A DNA stretch of 64,000 nt. Source: an uncultured Collinsella sp. GTDB taxonomy: Bacteria > Actinomycetota > Coriobacteriia > Coriobacteriales > Coriobacteriaceae. A model generated the notes under the pieces. The model saw nothing but the letters and a program-made list of their open reading frames with translations, did not search any database and was not told the DNA's origin. A program made the translations under genes and the position numbers. The DNA lies in NCBI GenBank assembly GCA_958432255.1, contig CAUATU010000002.1, forward strand, positions 21,285 to 85,284. Reading direction: 5' to 3'. Positions 47,872 to 55,920 of this stretch are shown here, piece by piece (the stretch's first letter is position 1; each line of letters begins with the position of its first letter).

Positions 47872-49941
47872 CTATCGAACCGAAGAATCGCCCGAGGCCG
47901 AAGAGGTATCGGGCTCGCCATAAATCACGCCGAGCACGTCGCGCACGACATGCATCGCGGTATCTGAGCCACCGCCGCCCTGCTCCAGGACGGTAGCGAT
48001 GACATACTTGGGGTCATCGGCCGGTGCATAGGCGCAGAACCACGCGTATTCATCCTCGCCACTTTTCTCGCCCGTGCCCGACTTGCCGTATACCTGCGGC
48101 GTCAGGGTGCCAAAGTGAGCCGCCAGGGACGTCGATGCCGTGTAAATCACGTCGTGCATGCCGTTGCGAACAAGAGCCAAATCCGAATCGCTGTTGATCT
48201 TGGCCTCCAGGCGCTTCTTCTTGCCCTTGCCGTTGTACTTATAGGCATCGCCGTCGCCATCGCGCGACACGGCAGACAAAAACACGTGAGGCACGTACTG
48301 TTTGCCGCCGTTGGCAAGACCCATATAGGCACACGCCATCTGCAGGGGCGTCACCAGGATGTCGCCCTGACCGATGGCAATGTTGGTCATATCGCCGGCA
48401 TTCCACTTGCGGTCCTCGGCAGAGGCGTCGGTGAAGTACGACTCTTTCCACTCGGCATCGGGAATACGGCCCGCGCCTTCACTCGGCAGATCGATACCGC
48501 AGGTCTTGCCCAGGCCCCAGCGACGAAAGACCTCCTGCAGGCCCTCGGAATGCTGCTCGTCATAAAAAAACGCCTTGCCCATGTCGTAGAAGACGGGGTC
48601 GCACGAGTTGGCGATACCCGACTGCAGCGTCATGGTGCCGTGGCCGGAATGCAGCCAGCAGTACTTGCCCCACGACTTGCCCAGGCCCGTCCAATAGCCC
48701 GTGCAGTTGGTTGTCTGCGTTGAAGTGTAGGTTCCAAACTCAAGACCGGCCAGTGCCGAGAGCGGCTTGATGGTCGAGGCCGACATGTACTGTCCGCTAA
48801 TGGCGCGGTTGAGCAGCGGGTGCGAACCCTTGTCATCATTTAGCTCGGTCCACACGTCATTTGAGACGCCGCCGATAAAGACGGACGGATCAAACTTGGG
48901 CTCGCTCGCCATGCCCAGGATCTCGCCATTGTTGGGATCGAGACACACCACAGCGCCGTTGCCGGCATTGCTGTAGCCGGTGGTCTTGGCAAGCTCGATA
49001 GCGCTCGCCAGCGCCGTCTCACAGGCCTGTTGGATCTTAAGGTCGAGCGTGAGCTTAATGTCGGAGCCGGCCTTCGCGGGCACAGCGCCGGCCTGACCGG
49101 TCACATTGCCCGATGCATCGACCTTGACGGTCTGCTCGCCACGAATACCCTGCAGCAAGTTTTCGTAGTAGCTCTCAACGCCCGCCTGGCCCACGATATC
49201 GCCCGACTGGTACGTAATCTTGCCAGCAGAAGCATCATCATCGCCAGAGGTTTTCTTATTCTGGGCCTCGAGCTGCTCGGAGGTAATGGTGCCGGTATAG
49301 CCCAAGATATGGCATGCCGTCTCGCCATATGGATACTGACGCTCGGTACGCTCGGCAATCTTGACGCCCGGGAACTCGCCGGCATGCTCCTGAATATAGG
49401 CAACCGTGGAGCGACGGACGTCCGTCGCGATGGTATGCAGGCTCTGAGCGCCCTCTGTATTGTCCTGGATATTGCGAAGGACCGCCACGTAAGGCATTCC
49501 AAGCACGTTGGCAAGATGGCGAACCAGAACCTCATCCTCGGCAAGGTCGCGGTAGGCCACGACAGCAAGTGAGGGACGGTTCTGGACAAGCGCCACGCCA
49601 TTGCGGTCGAGGATGCGACCGCGCACAGCGGGTGTTGTAACGGTGCGAGTCTGATTACTATTGGCCTGCTTCTCGTAATAGTCCGATGAGACCATCTGCA
49701 TGCCCCACAGCTTGACGGCAAGCGCCGCAAACATCGCGCCCACACCCGTGGTGAGGATGGAAAAGCGGCCCTTAAAGGCGGTCGACGCGGTATTGCCCTC
49801 GCCCTCGGTGGCGCGCGGGGCCGTTCCATGCTGCGTATCGTAGGTAAAACGGGAATCGCCACGACGCATGACGACCAGCGCGACCACGATGGCCACAACC
49901 AGCACGATACCGGCGATAATAACCGTCATCTGGGAAGACAT
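47872..49941 (-). CDS. mrdA: penicillin-binding protein 2 (transpeptidase)
   Basis: 689 aa with an N-terminal membrane anchor, PBP dimerization domain and transpeptidase domain (STIKP, SGN, KSG-like motifs). Confidence 0.9.
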   Translation of the reverse strand: MSSQMTVIIAGIVLVVAIVVALVVMRRGDSRFTYDTQHGTAPRATEGEGNTASTAFKGRFSILTTGVGAMFAALAVKLWGMQMVSSDYYEKQANSNQTRTVTTPAVRGRILDRNGVALVQNRPSLAVVAYRDLAEDEVLVRHLANVLGMPYVAVLRNIQDNTEGAQSLHTIATDVRRSTVAYIQEHAGEFPGVKIAERTERQYPYGETACHILGYTGTITSEQLEAQNKKTSGDDDASAGKITYQSGDIVGQAGVESYYENLLQGIRGEQTVKVDASGNVTGQAGAVPAKAGSDIKLTLDLKIQQACETALASAIELAKTTGYSNAGNGAVVCLDPNNGEILGMASEPKFDPSVFIGGVSNDVWTELNDDKGSHPLLNRAISGQYMSASTIKPLSALAGLEFGTYTSTQTTNCTGYWTGLGKSWGKYCWLHSGHGTMTLQSGIANSCDPVFYDMGKAFFYDEQHSEGLQEVFRRWGLGKTCGIDLPSEGAGRIPDAEWKESYFTDASAEDRKWNAGDMTNIAIGQGDILVTPLQMACAYMGLANGGKQYVPHVFLSAVSRDGDGDAYKYNGKGKKKRLEAKINSDSDLALVRNGMHDVIYTASTSLAAHFGTLTPQVYGKSGTGEKSGEDEYAWFCAYAPADDPKYVIATVLEQGGGGSDTAMHVVRDVLGVIYGEPDTSSASGDSSVR

Positions 49942-49954
49942 CTACGGGCCTCCC

Positions 49955-50521
49955 CTATTTGAGCTTGCGGGTCTTGGGCTTAAAGCGCATACCCGCCTGG
50001 CGTCCGCCACGTGCGGAGAATCCATAGCCGGACTGCGGCACGACGCCGGACATCAAAAACGGAATGGCAACCAGACCCGTCAGGATCGAGGACGGCAGCG
50101 CATGGCCGAAGATCGCCACGACAAAGCTCGTCTCCAAACCCATAAACAGCAAGATGATGCTGTAGATCACATTAATGACGAGCGCAAAGGCGCCCACAGT
50201 GACGCCGCGCGCACTCGGGGTACCGCCCGTCTGACCGACGGCGCTGTGCACCAGGGCAAAAGAACCCACGGTCAGCAGGAGCGACATAACGCCCACCGGC
50301 ACGGCAGCGGACAGGTCATAGAACAAGCCGCTGCAAAAACCGCACACGACGGCACGGGTCGGGTCGCCCGAGAACACGCTTAGGCACACCAGGATAATCA
50401 TGAAGTTGACGCGACCGCCCGCAATGGAGATCTGCGGTGCCAGGCCTGCCTGCAGCAGCACGCACACAATGGCGGCGATCACAAACGTGCGGGAGCTCAT
50501 CCCCTGCTCGTGTAGATCCAT
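49955..50521 (-). CDS. mreD: rod shape-determining protein MreD
   Basis: Small polytopic membrane protein after mreC. Start at M3 gives SD spacing of 7-8 nt. The track M1 at 50527 is 1-2 nt from the SD. Confidence 0.75.
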   Translation of the reverse strand: MDLHEQGMSSRTFVIAAIVCVLLQAGLAPQISIAGGRVNFMIILVCLSVFSGDPTRAVVCGFCSGLFYDLSAAVPVGVMSLLLTVGSFALVHSAVGQTGGTPSARGVTVGAFALVINVIYSIILLFMGLETSFVVAIFGHALPSSILTGLVAIPFLMSGVVPQSGYGFSARGGRQAGMRFKPKTRKLK

Positions 50522-50532
50522 GGACATGCCCC

Positions 50533-51531
50533 CTATTCGCTCGAGCCGGAATCGGTCGTCTCGGACGTGTCGGAACTGTCATCCGAGCTCTCGTCCTTCG
50601 TCTTGGTCGCAGCATCGCGCGACGTTCCCTGCGGCGTGCTGTTGGCCGTGCTCACGTCCTCATCCGAGGCCGACTGTTCGTCGGTCAGCGAGGTAATGAC
50701 CAGCACTTCCTCGTTGTTCTCGGCCGTCGTCTGAGCGCGCACCACAATGGTGTAGTACACATCGTTTGCCGATTTCTCAACCGACGAGACGGTGCCGAGC
50801 GGTAGACCCTTGGGGAACACGCCACCGATGCCCGAGGTCACGATGATGTCGCCAACCTTAACATCGGAGTCGACGCTCACGTACTCAAGACGCAGCGTGC
50901 CGTCAGCCTGACCCTGCAGCATGCCCTGGGCGCGCGTGTCCTGCACCATGGCGGACACGCCCGAGTTCTCGTCGCTAATCAAGCGCACGGTAGAGCTCTT
51001 GGCCGATACCTCGATAATCTGGCCGATAACACCGGCAGAACTCGTCACGGGCATGTTGATGGTAAGGCTGTCGGCAGAGCCCTTGTCGATGGTAACGGTC
51101 GAAGTCCAGGCATCGCCGGAGGCACCGACAATACGAGCAGCGGTCGATTTGAGGTTATAGGTCGACTGCAGGCCGACCAGCCCTTCCAGACGCTCAGCAG
51201 TCTTTTGAGCCTCGGAGAGCTCGGCAACCTTAGAGGTCAGCTCCTCATTTTGCTTCTTAAGCTCGTCAAGCGTGTCCTGCGACGCCGTAAGGTTAGAGAA
51301 CACGTTGCCGATCGCATTGAAGGGAGCCGCCACAGCCGAACCCACAAAGCGCACCGGCGAGGTAATCGTCGTTACGCCCGAACGCACGGCATGAATCGGT
51401 CCTGCCTCGCCCTCGCGGATGTAAAACGTGAGCAGCAACACCGAAATCAGGCTGAAAACAATCAACGGGCGCATACCCGTTGATTGTCGCTTGGTATTCA
51501 GATTTGTGGAGAAACCCGAAGATCGTGCCAA
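50533..51531 (-). CDS. mreC: rod shape-determining protein MreC
   Basis: N-terminal transmembrane segment and coiled coil, a beta-rich MreC core, and a Ser/Asp/Thr-rich acidic C-terminal tail. TTG start with AAAGGTGGA 6 nt upstream. Confidence 0.88.
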   Translation of the reverse strand: MARSSGFSTNLNTKRQSTGMRPLIVFSLISVLLLTFYIREGEAGPIHAVRSGVTTITSPVRFVGSAVAAPFNAIGNVFSNLTASQDTLDELKKQNEELTSKVAELSEAQKTAERLEGLVGLQSTYNLKSTAARIVGASGDAWTSTVTIDKGSADSLTINMPVTSSAGVIGQIIEVSAKSSTVRLISDENSGVSAMVQDTRAQGMLQGQADGTLRLEYVSVDSDVKVGDIIVTSGIGGVFPKGLPLGTVSSVEKSANDVYYTIVVRAQTTAENNEEVLVITSLTDEQSASDEDVSTANSTPQGTSRDAATKTKDESSDDSSDTSETTDSGSSE

Positions 51532-51552
51532 ATGGAATCCACCTTTTGGAAA

Positions 51553-52596
51553 TTAAGCATTGGTCTGGACGAAGCCACCATCAAACGCATTGGCCTCGAG
51601 CACGCGGGCGCAGCCGTTAACGACGTTATCGAGCGCCGTAGGACTGACGTTGACCGAAACGCCGGTCTCATCGCGCAGGCGCACGTCGAGACCGCGCAGC
51701 AGCGCGCCGCCACCGGTCAGCAAAATGCCGTAGTACATAAGGTCCGAGGCAAGATCGGGCGGCGTGGCATCGAGTGCGTCCTTGACGGCCTTGGCCATCT
51801 CGTCAAGCGGCTTGTTGAGTGCGCGACGGATCTCCTCGCTCTCGATGCGCACGGTCTTGGGCAGACCGGTGATCACGTCGCGGCCGTTGACCTCGACGTC
51901 GAGCTCGTCCTTGAGCGGCACGGCGGAGCCGACCTTGATCTTGATGTCCTCTGCCGTACGCTCGCCGATGGCCAGGTTGTAGGCATCGCGAACGTGCGTG
52001 AGGATGGCCTGATCGAACTCGTCACCGGCAATACGGATGGACTGCGAGACGACGATGCCGCCCATAGCGATAACAGCGACCTCGGTGGTACCGCCACCGA
52101 TGTCGATGACCATGGAGCCGGTGGGCTCCTCGACGGGCAGGTCGGCGCCGATAGCGGCGGCCATAGGCTCTTCGATCAGATAGGCCTGGCGAGCGCCGGC
52201 CTGAATCGTGGCCTCAAAGACGGCACGCTTCTCGACCGACGTGACGCCGGAGGGAACGCAGACGACAACGCGCGGACGCGGGGTCCACGGATAGCGCTTC
52301 TCGGAAGCCTTGTCGATAAAGTAGCGGAGCATGGCCTCGGTAACATCGAAGTCGGCGATGACGCCGTCCTTCAGGGGACGAACGGCCACGATGTTGCCGG
52401 GCGTACGGCCGAGCATGCGCTTTGCCTCGATACCGACCGCCAGGATGCGCTCGTCGTTCTTGTCGATGGCGACAACAGAGGGCTCGCGAATGACGATGCC
52501 CTTGCCGCGCACGGAGACAAGCGTATTTGCGGTGCCGAGGTCGATGGCAAGATCGCCCGCATAGCTACCGAAGAACATATCCATCAAAGAAAACAA
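51553..52596 (-). CDS. mreB: rod shape-determining protein MreB
   Basis: Actin-like ATPase (DLGTANT, DIGGGTTE). TTG start with AGGAG 5 nt upstream. Confidence 0.93.
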   Translation of the reverse strand: MFSLMDMFFGSYAGDLAIDLGTANTLVSVRGKGIVIREPSVVAIDKNDERILAVGIEAKRMLGRTPGNIVAVRPLKDGVIADFDVTEAMLRYFIDKASEKRYPWTPRPRVVVCVPSGVTSVEKRAVFEATIQAGARQAYLIEEPMAAAIGADLPVEEPTGSMVIDIGGGTTEVAVIAMGGIVVSQSIRIAGDEFDQAILTHVRDAYNLAIGERTAEDIKIKVGSAVPLKDELDVEVNGRDVITGLPKTVRIESEEIRRALNKPLDEMAKAVKDALDATPPDLASDLMYYGILLTGGGALLRGLDVRLRDETGVSVNVSPTALDNVVNGCARVLEANAFDGGFVQTNA

Positions 52597-52711
52597 CGCA
52601 ACTCCTGATGTGTTGGATGATTGCTGGAAAACTACTAGCTCATCATACTAGCGTAAGCCCGGCACCTCACTTGCGGTGAAGCGCCGGGCAAAGCTAAATC
52701 CCATAAGGTCA

Positions 52712-54016
52712 CTACTGGTTGTCAGCAGCCGAGAAATCCATATCGAGCGAGGAAACGGCCCAGCCGATATGGTTGTCGGAGCGCACGAATTTGACGGTGT
52801 ACTCCTGCTCGCCGCCCTTGGACAGCGATGCCTTCACCTTGGCGGTCGTCTCGGTCATGGACTGATCCATGCCCTCGACAGACACGGTGGCACCCTGCGG
52901 AATCGAGGAGATGATCATCGACTTGGCGTCCTCGGACAGGCTCGAGGCCAGGCAAGACTCGGCCTTTGCGGTGTCACCGTCGCCGGCAGCCTGGAACAGA
53001 TCGGTAACGACAGACTCCTGGGACGGGAAGCCAAAGCCGCGCGTGTAGGCAAAGCCCAGACCGCCCGCGGCGATCAAAATGAGCAGAAGCAGCACGATGA
53101 AGACTTTAAGACCCGTGTGGCGATGGCGACGACGGACCTTGGCCTGCTTACGATCCTGACGGTCCTGCTGGACCATCTCGGACTCGGACAGCGTAAAGAA
53201 GCCGGTGTCCGAGGGATCGGGCATAAACTGACCGGTCGCGCCCGTAGGATCGAGCGGATCGACGACAGGAGCGTCCATCGCGGGCGCCGGAGCCGTGGCC
53301 ATAGCCGTCTGGGCAGACAGCGCGGCAAGCGAATCGTGCACGCGGGCAAGCTCATCGGCCTGCTCGGAGGTGAGCTGGTAGATGCCATCGGCAGTAGCGG
53401 CGTTAAAGGCGTCGAGTGCGTCGGAGGGACGGCCGGCGGCAGAAAGCGCCTGACCCATGCCAGCGTTGAGCGCGCGCGTGTCGTCGCGGGGACCGGCAAA
53501 GTCGATAGCCGTGCGGTAGGTCTCCACGGCATCCGCCGGACGGCCGAGCTTAATGAAGCAACGACCGAGCTCGCCGAGCGCGGCGGCAGGGGCCGGATTG
53601 GCGCCGTCGATGGCGGCCTGACGGAAGGCAGTACCCGCGTTGGCATAGTCGCCCGACTGGAACAGCGCGTTACCCAAGCCCAGATAGGCCTTGAACGGCG
53701 TGGCATAGGAAGCATCCTGCGTAGCAGCAGAGAACGCCTGAGCGGCCGTTGTGTAGTCGCCCACGGCGGCGAGTGCCTTGCCGCGGTTGGTGAGCAGCGC
53801 GCCGCGCTTGCCATAGGTGCCGTCGTTGAGGGCGGCGGCATAGGCCTCGGCGGCCTCGGCATACATGCCCAGGTGCATCAAGGCGTTGCCACGAAGATGA
53901 TCGGCCTCGCCCATAATCTCATCGGGAGTTTTTGCCGCCCCAAGCATCTGGGCTGCAGCGGAAAAATCACCCGCGCGGTAAGCGGCGCGGCCCTGTTGGA
54001 TCAGCTGGCTATTCAA
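52712..54016 (-). CDS. TPR repeat-containing membrane protein
   Basis: N-terminal TPR-like Ala-rich repeats, one transmembrane segment (LKVFIVLLLLILIAAGGLG) and a C-terminal extracytoplasmic domain. TTG start with AAAGGGGA upstream. Confidence 0.7.
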   Translation of the reverse strand: MNSQLIQQGRAAYRAGDFSAAAQMLGAAKTPDEIMGEADHLRGNALMHLGMYAEAAEAYAAALNDGTYGKRGALLTNRGKALAAVGDYTTAAQAFSAATQDASYATPFKAYLGLGNALFQSGDYANAGTAFRQAAIDGANPAPAAALGELGRCFIKLGRPADAVETYRTAIDFAGPRDDTRALNAGMGQALSAAGRPSDALDAFNAATADGIYQLTSEQADELARVHDSLAALSAQTAMATAPAPAMDAPVVDPLDPTGATGQFMPDPSDTGFFTLSESEMVQQDRQDRKQAKVRRRHRHTGLKVFIVLLLLILIAAGGLGFAYTRGFGFPSQESVVTDLFQAAGDGDTAKAESCLASSLSEDAKSMIISSIPQGATVSVEGMDQSMTETTAKVKASLSKGGEQEYTVKFVRSDNHIGWAVSSLDMDFSAADNQ

Positions 54017-54027
54017 GGAAGTCCCCT

Positions 54028-54570
54028 TTACTCGTGAACGATCTCGACATGGACGATCTCGTCGCCGGCACGCAGCTGCGAAATCACATCGAGACCCTCG
54101 ACCGTGGTACCAAAGACGGTGTACCCGGAATCGAGGTTATGCTGGGCACCCAAGCAGAAGTAGAACTGCGAACCCGCGGAATCGGGGTCCATGGAGCGTG
54201 CCATGGCAAGGGCACCATCGACATGGCTGTTGCGCGGATTGGTGGCAAACTCGCCCTTGATGCAGTAGCCGGGGCCACCGGTACCGGGCATGCCGTCGGG
54301 GCCCTCAAGACCGGCAGCGACGTCAGCGCCGGACATATCGCGGGTATTGGGGTCGCCGCCCTGGATGACAAAACCGGGCACATAGCGATGGAATTTAAGG
54401 CCATCATAGAAACCCATCGTGGAAAGCTCGCAGAAGTTCGCGACATGAATGGGAGCGCCCTCACCGTCAAACTTGACCTTGATGGTACCCTTCGACGTCT
54501 CGATAACGGCGCACTCGTCGCCGGCAAGCTGATACTCGGGCGTGTAGAGCTCTTTCTTAAAACCAAACAT
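54028..54570 (-). CDS. peptidylprolyl isomerase (cyclophilin type)
   Basis: FHRYVPGFVIQGGDP cyclophilin signature. AAGGAA lies 4 nt upstream of the ATG. Confidence 0.9.
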   Translation of the reverse strand: MFGFKKELYTPEYQLAGDECAVIETSKGTIKVKFDGEGAPIHVANFCELSTMGFYDGLKFHRYVPGFVIQGGDPNTRDMSGADVAAGLEGPDGMPGTGGPGYCIKGEFATNPRNSHVDGALAMARSMDPDSAGSQFYFCLGAQHNLDSGYTVFGTTVEGLDVISQLRAGDEIVHVEIVHE

Positions 54571-54677
54571 GTGGTTCCTTCCTCGTGCGTTTAAAGCATA
54601 TTTGTACGAATTGTAGCAATAAGCATGCGCTTACATCAATTGCGCACGTAGGTTATGCCGACTATGGCGAACTAATT

Positions 54678-55817
54678 TTAGGAACGCTGCTGCGGCTTCC
54701 AGGAGCCCACGTTGGCGTCGTACTGATTCAGCGCGCTGTTGCCGCCCTGTGCGATGGGCGCCAGGATCTCGCTTTGGTGGGAACTCATCGACTCGCCATC
54801 GGGAATGGCCAGCGAGATATCCCAGCTCTGGCAGATTACGTCGACGCGCTCATACATCCACTCGGCAAGCTGCTTTAAGTGGGCGATGTCATCCGCATAG
54901 ACCGTATCGTCCTGATACTTAAGGTTGTTAAGCTCATCTTGCGTCTTTTTGATCTGGTCGCGCAGGGCGTAGGCACTCTGCGACAGCTCCTGACGGGTGG
55001 ACAGCGGCGTTCGGAGATAACCGTTGTTAAAGGAATCGATGACCTCGCCGATCTGATCATTGTTGTACGACACAATGGTCTGATACAGGCTGTCGAGCTT
55101 GGTGTAGAGCTGGTCATCGGTCAGCACGGTATCTTCCTGGACCACCTCGGCAGAATCGTCCTGCTTGGTATCGTCCTCAGTCGCCTCGCCCTTTTGGCGC
55201 GTGGGGAAGGTCGTCTGCGCGGCCTGGCCAAACTGGTCATAGAAGCCAGGCATGACACCCATGGGATCGGCCGTCACGAACCAATACGCACCACCGCACA
55301 CGACGGCAAGGACCGCGATGATAATAAGCGGCTTGGGGATATGACGCTTGTGCTTGTGATAGGCGTCCTCGTCGGGATGCACCTTGCGCTTGGGTTTTTG
55401 AGCATCGTCGTGCAGGGAAACCGGCGTGGGAATATCGACCTTGGGAATACCGAAATCCTTATCGAAAGCCGGCAGCACGCAGGTCTCATTGGGGTCGGCG
55501 GCGTCTGAGAGCACCGCAGCGGCAGAGGCCGGCGCATGAGGTACCTCGGTATCGATCTGCTCTTGCGTTAGGCGCGGAAAGCCCGCCGTGCGGCCCGCTG
55601 CCAGGTCGGATGCGGCCGCGTCCTCGGAGAGGATACCCGGAGCGGGGCGTCCGCATTTGGGGCACGTACGATCATGTGGAGAAAGACGGGCACCGCAGCC
55701 CTCACAGAACACGAACTCGGTGTGCTCGGGACCATCGCCCGGACCCACATAGGCGTTGCAGTAGGGGCAGAACGAGGCGCCGTCCTCGATAGTCTTAAGG
55801 CAATGCGGGCAGATCAC
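54678..55817 (-). CDS. zinc-ribbon domain membrane protein (double zinc ribbon, one transmembrane segment, C-terminal extracytoplasmic domain)
   Basis: CPHC..CPYC and CEGCG..CPKCG motifs, and a transmembrane segment LIIIAVLAVVCGGAYWFV. Start set at the GTG with AAGAGGA 4 nt upstream. The track TTG at 55847 has no SD. Confidence 0.65.
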   Translation of the reverse strand: MICPHCLKTIEDGASFCPYCNAYVGPGDGPEHTEFVFCEGCGARLSPHDRTCPKCGRPAPGILSEDAAASDLAAGRTAGFPRLTQEQIDTEVPHAPASAAAVLSDAADPNETCVLPAFDKDFGIPKVDIPTPVSLHDDAQKPKRKVHPDEDAYHKHKRHIPKPLIIIAVLAVVCGGAYWFVTADPMGVMPGFYDQFGQAAQTTFPTRQKGEATEDDTKQDDSAEVVQEDTVLTDDQLYTKLDSLYQTIVSYNNDQIGEVIDSFNNGYLRTPLSTRQELSQSAYALRDQIKKTQDELNNLKYQDDTVYADDIAHLKQLAEWMYERVDVICQSWDISLAIPDGESMSSHQSEILAPIAQGGNSALNQYDANVGSWKPQQRS

Positions 55818-55920
55818 GGCATCCTCTTTTCGAAGCAATTCAAACAATCGAGGTTAGAGCATAACATCGCCACGGCCCCACAGGAACAAGGCACCAATTC
55901 AACATCGCCAGGGCGCGTAG

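Noticed and set aside
52597-52711. GCCCGGC...GCCGGGC inverted repeat upstream of mreB as a terminator for the TPR gene
   Set aside because: It has a 7-bp stem with a 19-nt loop and no U tract on either strand. It is more likely part of the mreB leader than an intrinsic terminator.
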